Source: Sulfurimonas sp. (GTDB lineage: Bacteria > Campylobacterota > Campylobacteria > Campylobacterales > Sulfurimonadaceae). Taken from it: DNA of 64,000 bases. Location: assembly GCA_034006465.1 (NCBI GenBank), contig JAVEST010000001.1, forward strand, positions 6,116 through 70,115, written 5' to 3'. The position numbers and the translations under genes are program-made. Under the pieces are notes generated by a model that saw only the letters and a list, made by a program, of their open reading frames with translations, searched no databases and was not told the DNA's origin. Below, in pieces: positions 47,538 through 56,529 of this stretch; within the stretch, counting starts at the first letter, position 1, and each line of letters opens with the position of its first letter.

Positions 47538-48888
47538 TTTTTATCCCTGCTAGATATTCGTCTTCAAAGTATTTTATAGTGCTTAAAACTGGATTTGGGG
47601 CTGTTTGTCCAAGTCCACAAAGACTCGTACTCTTTACAACCTCACACATTTTTTTCAAAAGATCAAAATCTTGATGTGATGCCTCTTTTGCTATAAACTT
47701 ATCAAGTAGTCCTGTTAGCTGCGTAGTTCCAACGCGACACGGTGTACATTTCCCACATGATTCATTTGCACAAAAGTCCATAAAAAATCGTGCAATTTCT
47801 ACCATGTTAGAGCTATCGTCCATTACAATAAGACCACCACTTCCCATAATAGAATCTACCTCTTTTAATGATTCGTAATCTACTTTTAAGTCCAAGAGAT
47901 GCTCTGGAATACATCCTCCACTAGGGCCACCTGATTGGATGGCTTTAAATTTTCTTCCATCTTCAACCCCTCCGCCAATATCATAAACAAGCTCTCTTAG
48001 AGTCGTTCCCATCGGTACTTCAACAAGCCCAGTGTTTTTTATAAGTCCTGAGAGTGCAAAAACTTTTGTTCCACTTGAGTTTTCTGTTCCAATGGACTTA
48101 AACCACTCGCCGCCATTTTTGATGATTGGAGCTATATTTGCAAAGGTTTCAACATTGTTTAAAATAGTAGGCATTCCCCATAAACCATGATCACTTAGAT
48201 GCGGTGGCTTTTGTCTAGGATGTCCACGTCCACCTTCAATAGAAGCTATAAGTGCAGTTCCCTCTCCACACACAAATGCACCAGCACCTAGTCTTATCTC
48301 GATACTAAAGCCAAAGCCACTTTGAGCAATGTTTGCTCCTAAGATGCCAAGTCTAGTAGCCTGTTTTATTGCTCTTGTTAATCTTTTTACGGCTACTGGA
48401 TATTCGGCTCTAATATATATATAGCCTTTATCAGCACCACAAGCAAAACCTGCAATCGCCATCCCCTCTAGGACTCTGTGAGGATCACTCTCCATAACAG
48501 CTCTATCCATAAAAGCACCAGGATCGCCCTCATCGCCGTTACAGATGATGTATTTCTGCTCGCTTTGAACTTTTGAGACGCTCTCCCATTTTAGGCCCGC
48601 AGGATAGCCCCCGCCACCACGACCGCGAAGCCCACTTGTCTTTAACTCTTCAATGACATCTTTTGGACTCATTTCATCTAAGGCTTTAAAGAGTGACATA
48701 TAACCGCCATGTGCTATATAATCCTCAATATCTTCAGGATCGATGATTCCCTCATTTTCAAGAACAATTCTCTTTTGCTTTGTGTAAAAATCAGAGGTCA
48801 TATCGATAGTTATCTCTCTTGGATTAGTAGCGTTTTGAGCCTTTTTTTTATCTGCTAGCTCTTGAAGCTCTTCTATAGATGTAATCAT
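47530..48888 (-). CDS. hoxF: Diaphorase flavin subunit (NuoF/HoxF-like), short form
   Basis: [54 protein letters not shown]. Confidence 0.93.
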   Translation of the reverse strand: MITSIEELQELADKKKAQNATNPREITIDMTSDFYTKQKRIVLENEGIIDPEDIEDYIAHGGYMSLFKALDEMSPKDVIEELKTSGLRGRGGGGYPAGLKWESVSKVQSEQKYIICNGDEGDPGAFMDRAVMESDPHRVLEGMAIAGFACGADKGYIYIRAEYPVAVKRLTRAIKQATRLGILGANIAQSGFGFSIEIRLGAGAFVCGEGTALIASIEGGRGHPRQKPPHLSDHGLWGMPTILNNVETFANIAPIIKNGGEWFKSIGTENSSGTKVFALSGLIKNTGLVEVPMGTTLRELVYDIGGGVEDGRKFKAIQSGGPSGGCIPEHLLDLKVDYESLKEVDSIMGSGGLIVMDDSSNMVEIARFFMDFCANESCGKCTPCRVGTTQLTGLLDKFIAKEASHQDFDLLKKMCEVVKSTSLCGLGQTAPNPVLSTIKYFEDEYLAGIKND

Positions 48889-49400
48889 TTTATATCCTCC
48901 TCAATGCCGCAAAGCGGATTTTCAAGCGAAACATTTGCTTTTATATGCTCGTCGAAAACTATGACAGGAGCAATAGAACAGGTACCAACACATCTAGCAG
49001 TTAAGAGTGATAAAGCTTCATCTGAAGTTGTCTCTCCTGCTTTGATGCCATATCTCTGCTCAATTTTTTGAAGAATTTTTTCAGAGCCTTTTATATAACA
49101 GGCAGTCCCTGAGCAGACGACTATATTATGTCTGCCTTTTGGTTTTAATCTAAAGTTGCTGTAAAAAGTAGCAACTCCATAAACTTTAGAATAAGGCAAT
49201 TTTAGCCGTTTTGCAACGAACTTAAGAGTATCTATACCTAGATAGCCAAAAATTCCCTGAGCACTGTGGAGGACTTCTAGAAGAGAATCCTTTTCATAAC
49301 CGAGCTTTTTTATAGCTTTTTCAAGTGCACTGTATCTGTCGTCAGTAACTGTTGACATTCTAGACTCCGATTTAAATATATTTTTAGTATTATAAGTCAT
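48885..49400 (-). CDS. hoxE: [2Fe-2S] diaphorase subunit (NuoE/HoxE-like)
   Basis: [34 protein letters not shown]. Confidence 0.92.
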   Translation of the reverse strand: MTYNTKNIFKSESRMSTVTDDRYSALEKAIKKLGYEKDSLLEVLHSAQGIFGYLGIDTLKFVAKRLKLPYSKVYGVATFYSNFRLKPKGRHNIVVCSGTACYIKGSEKILQKIEQRYGIKAGETTSDEALSLLTARCVGTCSIAPVIVFDEHIKANVSLENPLCGIEEDIK

Positions 49401-49577
49401 AATTGATTAAAATAGCATAATCTTTAAATTTAAGGTAACTAAAAAGAAGAGTTTACTAAAACCCCATTTTAGTTTGCTTTGTAGGTTGATATGAAATCAC
49501 TTTGACTGCATTAAAAAGGTAATTTAAGAGAGTATATGATATCTTTCGAGCAAGGTAAAAAGAAGGAAAAATAACAT

Positions 49578-50615
49578 ATGAAGTACCTATTATTATGCGT
49601 GATTTTATTTTTAAATATCCAAGCGGCAGATGAAAAACCACAAGCTTCTTTAGTTGTAACAAAGCTCGTAAAAGAGGGCTATGCATCTGCTCTACAAAAC
49701 TATGTAGGTTCGCTATATTACGACATCAACTCAAACCTAGCATCTCAGAGTGCAGGAGCTGTAAGTGCAATCTTTGTAAAAGAGTCTCAAGCAGTAAAAA
49801 AGGGTGAAGTTTTAGTAAAACTAGATAGCTCAATCCTTGAAGCAAACATAAAAGCAAAAAAGGCTATGTTAAACTCATATTTGGCTAACTTCACAAAGCA
49901 GCAAAAAGACCTCCAAAGAGCAGATGCACTACTAAAGAAAAACTCTATAGCTCAAAGCTCACATGACAATACTTTTTATACACTAGAAGCTCTAAGCGCT
50001 GAGATAGAGGCACAAGAAGCTGAGCTTTTATCTATGAATATACAGCTTGATAAGATGAGCATAAAAGCTCCATTTGATAGCGTTGTAGTAAAAAGAAATG
50101 TAGATGTTGGAGAGTGGGTAACAGAGGGAAGTAGTGTTTTAAATATAGTAGATCCAAAGAGTATAGAAGCTGTGGTAAATGTTCCAAGTCAATTGTTGAG
50201 CATATTAAAAGAGGGACAAAAACTCCAAGCAAAGATAGATGCAAGGGATATAGAAGTTAGCATCAAAAGTATAGTCCCTCTAGCAGATAAAGCAAGTAGA
50301 ACGCTCCCACTAAAACTCTCTTTTGCATCTGAGAATAACCTTATAGAAGGTATGCGAATAGATGTAGAGGTTCCAACTCTAAAACAACAAAAAGTCTTGC
50401 TAGTTCCCCGTGATGCAGTTATTAAAAGATTTGGCAGTTATGTAGTCTTTAGCGTTGTAGATGCTAAAGCTGTAATGCTAAATGTAAAAGTAATAAACTA
50501 TAGCCAAAATGAAGCTGCCATCCTTAGTGATGAACTTAGTGAGGGTCAAAGAGTTGTTACAAAAGGAAATGAGAGAATTTTCCCAAATATGAGTGTAGTT
50601 GAGAAGGGTGATTAA
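49578..50615 (+). CDS. RND efflux periplasmic adaptor (membrane fusion protein)
   Basis: Signal peptide, lipoyl half-motifs (VKKGEVLVKLD; IKAPFD.VV..VDVGEWV), hairpin coiled coil, LLVPRDAV. Confidence 0.92.
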   Translation: MKYLLLCVILFLNIQAADEKPQASLVVTKLVKEGYASALQNYVGSLYYDINSNLASQSAGAVSAIFVKESQAVKKGEVLVKLDSSILEANIKAKKAMLNSYLANFTKQQKDLQRADALLKKNSIAQSSHDNTFYTLEALSAEIEAQEAELLSMNIQLDKMSIKAPFDSVVVKRNVDVGEWVTEGSSVLNIVDPKSIEAVVNVPSQLLSILKEGQKLQAKIDARDIEVSIKSIVPLADKASRTLPLKLSFASENNLIEGMRIDVEVPTLKQQKVLLVPRDAVIKRFGSYVVFSVVDAKAVMLNVKVINYSQNEAAILSDELSEGQRVVTKGNERIFPNMSVVEKGD

Positions 50616-53600
50616 TGAACTTTATTGATTTCTCTATCAAAAAACCCGTAACTATTCTTGTTGGGGTTCTCTTAATCATAATGTTTGGTTTAGTGGCTCT
50701 TTCGCAGCTTCCATACAAACTTACACCAAATGTAGTTGAGCCTGAGATTGGAGTTATCACTGTGTGGCCAGGGGCTACTCCTAGTGAGATTGAGCGCGAT
50801 ATTGTTCAAAAGCAAGAAGACCAGTTAAAATCAACTCCAGGTTTAGTCCGTTATGAGGCTATGGCATCTGATAATATGTCTGAAATCACCCTTACTTTTG
50901 ATGTCTCAACTGATATGAACAAGGCTCTTCTTGAAGTCTCAAACAAGTTAAATCAAGTTGAAAACTATCCTGAAAACGTCGAAAAACCAATCATCCAATC
51001 AGCTGGTTCAACGGCATCTCCTACCATTTGGATGGGATTTATCGCAAATGATGATAATGACAGGGATATAGATACATATCTAACATATTTAGACAATGAC
51101 ATAAAAGAGCAGTTTGAGCGAATTCAAGGAGTAGCTGGCATCTTCGTCCCTGGTGGAACGCTAGATGAACTTCACATAAGACTCTCACCTGCGAAACTTG
51201 CGGCTCACGCTTTAACTATAGAAGAAGTTGCAAATGCCATAGTAAATGAGAACATCGATACAGCTGCTGGAACAGTAGATATAGACAGACGAACATATCG
51301 TGTTAGAACCTCTGCTAGATTTAAGTCCATAGAAGATTTAGAGCAGATGGTGCTCTTTAATGATGGAGTAAGGAGTATTCGCTTAGGTGAAGTAGCTACT
51401 ATCTCAAAGGGTCACGCAAAAGTAGTTGCTAATATCTTACAATCAAGCGGAGATAAACTAAATAAAGCACTTATTTATGGTGTTAGAATGGAGCCATCAG
51501 CCAATGTTGTAGAGACTACAAATAAGGTTGAAGAGGTATTTAATCATCTAAATGCAAATGTTCTGCCAGAGCATAAGATTCACCTTGATTGGTTCTTTGA
51601 CCAAAGAGACTATATACAAGGGGCTATTGAGCTAGTTCAGCAAAATATTGCACTTGGCGGGGTTTTAGCTATCGTTATCTTGCTACTTTTCTTGCGTTCA
51701 TTTTTGCCTACTGTGGTGGTTTCAGCCGCAATTCCTATAAGTGTAATCGCTACTTTTATAGTCCTTAGTGCGATGGATAGAAGTCTAAATACAATCTCGC
51801 TAGCTGGAATCTCTTTTGCAGTTGGAATGCTACTAGATAGTGCCATTGTTGTGTTAGAAAATATAGACAGGCATCTAAAGATGGGCAAAAAACCTTTTGA
51901 TGCAGCTCATGATGGAACTGTAGAAGTTTGGGGTGCTTTGGTTGCATCTGCGCTTACTACCATCGCAGTTTTCTTGCCTGTTATATTTTTGCAATCAGAA
52001 GCTGGACAACTCTTTAAAGATATAGCAATAGCGGTCACTGCATCTATAACCTTTTCCCTTTTTGTATCCATCTCTGTTATCCCAATGCTTTGGACACAGT
52101 TTTTAAAGATAAGTAAGAGTGACCATGAAAAAGAGCATGAAATAGCTACTAAACCAAGAGACTCTCTCTTAGTAGCAATGGCAAAAAAAGTTGGCGCTTT
52201 TTTCATGGGTGCAGTTGAGTGGAGTTTAAAAAGAAGAATCAACCAGTTTGTAACCATCATATCTATGGGAGCTCTCTCGGGATTTTTGATTTTTATCTTT
52301 TTTCCAAAGATGGAGTACTTACCTCAAGGTAATCAAAACCTAGTTATGAACATACTTATCCCACCTCCAGGGCTCTCAGAAGATGAGAAAAAAGATATAG
52401 GGAAAAAACTTCATGAACATATGAAGCCTCACTATAGTAAAGACGAGGGTGGCATCCCACCTATAAAACATACGTTTTTTGTCTCATATCAAGATCTAAT
52501 TATCCAAGGAATGATATCGACTGAGGAGAGTAGAGCAGCAGAGTATGTTCCTTTTATGATGCCTGCAGTAAACAGCTTTCCTGGCGTCTTTGGCATCTCA
52601 CTTCAAAGGGGCGTTTTTGAGCAAGGTATAGGTGAGGGTAGAAATATAGACATCGATATAAGCGGTGATGATATGGAAAAACTAACTCAGATAGGAGGGA
52701 TGCTCTTTGGTGCAATCTCGCAACAGATGAAAGGCGCTCAAACTCGCCCAGTTCCATCCATAGAGGTTCTTTTTCCAGAAGCACTTCTTCTTCCAGATAG
52801 AAATGCGCTTGCAAGTGTTGGGATGAGCAGCCGAAGTTTCGGTTTTGCAGCAGATGTTTTGCTTGATGGTAGAAAGATTAGTGAATATACAGCGGATGGT
52901 GCCAAGTCAATTGACTTGATACTAAAGTCAGATGATGAGCTTATTAACTCGCCAGAGGCACTATATTTGACTCAGATAGCAACACCAAATGCAGGGTTAG
53001 TTCCTATCTCTGAACTCTCGCATCTAATACATACTACTAGCATCACTAAGATTCGTCACGTTGAGGGTAAAAGGACTATCACGCTTCAAGTTACACCGCC
53101 AACTACTATGACGCTTGAAGAGAGTATTGAGCAGTTAAAGGTTATCATTGAAAAAACTGTGCCAGCAACAATGTTACAAGATTCTACTAAGGTAAAACTT
53201 GCAGGAAAAGCGGACAAACTAGCTCAAACTATAGAGTCCATGAAGTACAATCTGCTTTTTGCTCTAATCATTATCTATCTTTTGATGAGTGCACTCTTTG
53301 CTAACTTTTTGTATCCGCTAGTTATCATGTTTACAGTTCCTATGGCTACAGCTGGAGGTTTTATTGGGCTAAAGCTTACAAATATGTATGTAGCCCCACA
53401 ACCACTTGATGTTCTTACGATGCTAGGCTTTATCATACTCATAGGTATAGTTGTAAACAACGCTATTTTGATAGTCCATCAGTCACTAAACAACATCAAA
53501 CATAGTGCTATGGTATATAAAGAGGCAATAGTAGAAGCTACACGCTCAAGACTAAGACCTATCTTTATGAGCTCACTAACCTCTGTTTTTGGAATGCTGC

Positions 53601-53767
53601 CACTTGTATTAGTTCCAGGACCTGGAAGTGAGTTTTACAGAGGTTTAGGCTCAGTTATCACTGGTGGTTTGGCTCTTTCTATGGTTTTTACTATCTTAGT
53701 GACACCAGCACTTTTATATCTCTTTTTAAGTTTTAAAAAAGATGAAAACGCAAAGGAAATTTCATGA
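50615..53767 (+). CDS. RND efflux permease (AcrB/AcrD/AcrF family)
   Basis: 1050 aa with two halves; GMLLDSAIVVLEN, GIVVNNAILIV, RLRPIFMSSLT. Confidence 0.95.
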   Translation: MNFIDFSIKKPVTILVGVLLIIMFGLVALSQLPYKLTPNVVEPEIGVITVWPGATPSEIERDIVQKQEDQLKSTPGLVRYEAMASDNMSEITLTFDVSTDMNKALLEVSNKLNQVENYPENVEKPIIQSAGSTASPTIWMGFIANDDNDRDIDTYLTYLDNDIKEQFERIQGVAGIFVPGGTLDELHIRLSPAKLAAHALTIEEVANAIVNENIDTAAGTVDIDRRTYRVRTSARFKSIEDLEQMVLFNDGVRSIRLGEVATISKGHAKVVANILQSSGDKLNKALIYGVRMEPSANVVETTNKVEEVFNHLNANVLPEHKIHLDWFFDQRDYIQGAIELVQQNIALGGVLAIVILLLFLRSFLPTVVVSAAIPISVIATFIVLSAMDRSLNTISLAGISFAVGMLLDSAIVVLENIDRHLKMGKKPFDAAHDGTVEVWGALVASALTTIAVFLPVIFLQSEAGQLFKDIAIAVTASITFSLFVSISVIPMLWTQFLKISKSDHEKEHEIATKPRDSLLVAMAKKVGAFFMGAVEWSLKRRINQFVTIISMGALSGFLIFIFFPKMEYLPQGNQNLVMNILIPPPGLSEDEKKDIGKKLHEHMKPHYSKDEGGIPPIKHTFFVSYQDLIIQGMISTEESRAAEYVPFMMPAVNSFPGVFGISLQRGVFEQGIGEGRNIDIDISGDDMEKLTQIGGMLFGAISQQMKGAQTRPVPSIEVLFPEALLLPDRNALASVGMSSRSFGFAADVLLDGRKISEYTADGAKSIDLILKSDDELINSPEALYLTQIATPNAGLVPISELSHLIHTTSITKIRHVEGKRTITLQVTPPTTMTLEESIEQLKVIIEKTVPATMLQDSTKVKLAGKADKLAQTIESMKYNLLFALIIIYLLMSALFANFLYPLVIMFTVPMATAGGFIGLKLTNMYVAPQPLDVLTMLGFIILIGIVVNNAILIVHQSLNNIKHSAMVYKEAIVEATRSRLRPIFMSSLTSVFGMLPLVLVPGPGSEFYRGLGSVITGGLALSMVFTILVTPALLYLFLSFKKDENAKEIS

Positions 53768-55005
53768 AAATAGCACTAATATTTCTGCTTTTTTATAGCA
53801 CGCTTTTTGCCTTAACACTAGAGGAGTCTTTAGAATTAGCGCTACAAAACTCTCCAAAAACCAAGATTTCTATAAGCAATGTAAAATATAGTGAACTTAA
53901 AAAAGATGAAGCTATTGCGGCTTACCACCCAACTCTAGATGCAGGCTTTGAGTATAAAGAGCTACAAAATACTACAGCTTTTACTTTTAGTCCAACTCAC
54001 AACTACAATCTAAGTTTAAAGTACAACCTCTTTAGAGGTTTTAGTGACTCTTCAACCATAGACTCTAAAGATGCAGAGATGCTCTCAGCTAGGCTTGAAG
54101 CAAAGGCAGTAGTAGCAGACTTAAAGTTAGATGTGATAGTGGCATATACTAACTACTTAAAAGCGCAAAAACTTATAGTCTCGCAAGAAGCAGAGTTTGC
54201 ATCTCTTACAAAACAATTCGATGATACAAAAAACAGATATGAGCAGGGCATCATCGCAAAGAATGACCTGCTTATGATAGATGTAGAGAGACTAAGATCA
54301 GAGCAAGCTCTTATAAAAGCAAAGAGTGACTTTGTAGTTGCTAAGAGTACACTTGAAAATATCATCGCTACAAAAATAGCAAATAGTGAGACTATTTCAG
54401 ACTTTGATGCAAGTGTTGCTGAGGTTGCAAGTTTAGAAGCGCTGGAAGTGAAGATGCTGCAGAATCGTAGTGAGATAAAGGCAATGCTATTTAAAAGCAA
54501 GTCTTTAGTTGCTCAAAGAGATGCAGTAGAGGGTAAGTACTTACCAACAGTAGATTTGCTAGCAAGATATGACCTTAATGATAAAGAGAGAAGATCAGGA
54601 GCTAGTATCGTCCAGCCAAAAGATCAAACCACTTATGGGGTAAATGTCTCATGGAATATCTACTCTGGTGGCAAAGACTATGCAGCGCAAAAAGCCCTTT
54701 TAGAAAAAGATAACCAACAAAACTATGAGCTAAATCAACTAAAACTAGATTTGAGCACACAACTTACAAAGGCTTACCAAGATCTTATAGTAGCAAAGAG
54801 TGCTAAAGTCGTTGCAAGTAAGGCAAAAGAGAGCGCAGAGGAGAACTACCGCATCACTTCAGATAGATATAGTTATGGAGATGTAGATACACTTACACTT
54901 TTAGTCTCACAAACTAGCTTAACTCAAGCTACAAATGCACACAATGATGCTTACTATAATCTCTATGTAGCTTATAAAACTCTTCACAGAGTGGTGGGTG
55001 AATAA
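53764..55005 (+). CDS. TolC-family outer membrane efflux protein
   Basis: LTLEESLELALQNSP, YHPTLD, YLPTVDL, SWNIYSGG, duplicated OEP repeats. Confidence 0.92.
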   Translation: MKIALIFLLFYSTLFALTLEESLELALQNSPKTKISISNVKYSELKKDEAIAAYHPTLDAGFEYKELQNTTAFTFSPTHNYNLSLKYNLFRGFSDSSTIDSKDAEMLSARLEAKAVVADLKLDVIVAYTNYLKAQKLIVSQEAEFASLTKQFDDTKNRYEQGIIAKNDLLMIDVERLRSEQALIKAKSDFVVAKSTLENIIATKIANSETISDFDASVAEVASLEALEVKMLQNRSEIKAMLFKSKSLVAQRDAVEGKYLPTVDLLARYDLNDKERRSGASIVQPKDQTTYGVNVSWNIYSGGKDYAAQKALLEKDNQQNYELNQLKLDLSTQLTKAYQDLIVAKSAKVVASKAKESAEENYRITSDRYSYGDVDTLTLLVSQTSLTQATNAHNDAYYNLYVAYKTLHRVVGE

Positions 55006-55322
55006 TGGCATGGGTTTGGTTAGTAACAGCAGGTTTGTTTGAGATACTATTTGCATCATTTTTAAAGCTCTCAGATGGATTTTCTAAGCTTGGGTTTACT
55101 TTAGCTTTTGTAGTTTCAGCCGCTTTTTCTTTTTACTTTTTAACAAAAGCTATGCAAGAGATTCCAGTGGGCACTGCATACGCAGTATGGACTGGCATCG
55201 GAGCCGCTGGAGTTGCAATCTTTGGCATCATCTTTTTTGCAGAAGCATTAAGCTTTGCAAGACTCTTTTTTATCTCAACTCTTATACTCTCCATTATCGG
55301 GCTAAAAGTAGTCTCAAGCTAG
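55005..55322 (+). CDS. SMR-family transporter, SugE/Gdx-like
   Basis: Four TM helices, AGLFE (E13), LK.SDGF, IPVGTAYAVWTGIG. Confidence 0.9.
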   Translation: MAWVWLVTAGLFEILFASFLKLSDGFSKLGFTLAFVVSAAFSFYFLTKAMQEIPVGTAYAVWTGIGAAGVAIFGIIFFAEALSFARLFFISTLILSIIGLKVVSS

Positions 55323-55327
55323 CTTCT

Positions 55328-55382
55328 GTTAAGAGTTCGTTAAACTGCAATTAACATATCGTTAATGTGGTGAGTCTATACT
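55328..55382 (+). promoter_or_regulatory. Four (G/A)TTAA direct repeats at 11-bp period plus -10 TATACT; putative OmpR-family binding array
   Basis: GTTAA 55328, GTTAA 55339, ATTAA 55350, GTTAA 55361; TATACT 55377-55382. Confidence 0.7.
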
Positions 55383-55409
55383 TCTTCTATCAAAATAAAG
55401 GAGTTCGTT

Positions 55410-55886
55410 ATGAACAAGAAAATAATTTTAGGTTTAGCAACAGCGTTACTTTTAGCATCATCTGCAATGGCTTATGATGGAAGTAAAAATAAGCAGCAAA
55501 GAGGTGAAAACTTTAAGTCATGCAAGATGAAAAGTAATCACAAAGATTCTCATATGTTTGTAAAAATGGTAATGCAACTAGATTTGACTGAAAAACAAAG
55601 AGCTGAGGTTATCTCTATAGTTAAAGATAGCATGCAAAAGATGCCAAACCCTAGCAATGCATTTACAGAAACTTCTTTTGATAAAAAAGAGTTTATAAAG
55701 TTAGCAAAAGAAAAAAGAGATGCTAACTTAGAGCGTAAGGCAGATATGTTTGAGAGCATATATAAAGTTTTAAACTCTTCTCAAAAGAAGGACTTAAAAA
55801 CTATGCTTGATATGAAAGTGATTATGCAAAAAAATATGAACAAAGGCAAAAATTGTAATGCTAAAAATTGCAATGGTAGAAGATGA
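55410..55886 (+). CDS. Spy/CpxP-family periplasmic protein
   Basis: Signal peptide; LDLTEKQR and VLNSSQK (LTxxQ repeats); AAGGAG RBS. Confidence 0.88.
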   Translation: MNKKIILGLATALLLASSAMAYDGSKNKQQRGENFKSCKMKSNHKDSHMFVKMVMQLDLTEKQRAEVISIVKDSMQKMPNPSNAFTETSFDKKEFIKLAKEKRDANLERKADMFESIYKVLNSSQKKDLKTMLDMKVIMQKNMNKGKNCNAKNCNGRR

Positions 55887-56529
55887 TAGGGAACTAGCCC
55901 AAGTACTAACTCAGTACTTAGCGAAGTTTAACATCTTAGTTACAAACTATGAGGACCCTTTTATAGCTCTTAGCGCTATTGCTTTAGAAGAGTTTGATCT
56001 TATCATCTTAGATCTCACTCTTCCAGGCATGGACGGCTTAGAAGTGTGTAGAGAGTTAGTTACTAAGTATGATATTCCCATAATAATCTCAAGTGCGAGA
56101 AGCGATATAACAGATAAGGTTATAGCTCTTGAACTGGGTGCTGATGATTATCTTCCAAAACCTTATGACCCAAGAGAGTTAGAAGTTAGGATAAAGACAG
56201 TGTTAAGACGCCAAAACAAGTCGATGCCAGAAGAAGAAGTGCAAGAGATTTTTGTTTTAGATGAGCAAAAGCAAGAGATAAAAAAAGATGGAAAGTTTAT
56301 AAAATTTACTCCAGCAGAGTTTGGTGTAATGTCTTTAATGTGCAAAAGAAAAGGTTTTGTAGTTTCAAGATATGATATTTTAGATAGCTGTGATGTCTTT
56401 AGCGCTGATGAAGAGAGCGGCAGTATAGCTGTGATAGTAAATAGAATAAGAAGCAAAATAGAGCAAGACCCTAAAAATCCAAAACACTTCCTAACCATCA
56501 GAGGTATGGGATATAAGTTAGTAGAATGA
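55858..56529 (+). CDS. OmpR-family response regulator
   Basis: MVEDD, ILDLTLPGMDG, GADDYLPKP, winged helix ending TIRGMGYKL. Confidence 0.95.
   Translation: MLKIAMVEDDRELAQVLTQYLAKFNILVTNYEDPFIALSAIALEEFDLIILDLTLPGMDGLEVCRELVTKYDIPIIISSARSDITDKVIALELGADDYLPKPYDPRELEVRIKTVLRRQNKSMPEEEVQEIFVLDEQKQEIKKDGKFIKFTPAEFGVMSLMCKRKGFVVSRYDILDSCDVFSADEESGSIAVIVNRIRSKIEQDPKNPKHFLTIRGMGYKLVE

Noticed and set aside
49485-49500. FNR/CRP-like site (TTGAT...ATCAC) in the hox/RND spacer
   Set aside because: Half-site spacing is 5 nt rather than 4 and the second half-site is imperfect.
51830-53480. RND proton-relay deviations (DS for DD; NN for KN)
   Set aside because: Such variants are common among uncharacterised AcrB/D/F-family members and are not distinctive.
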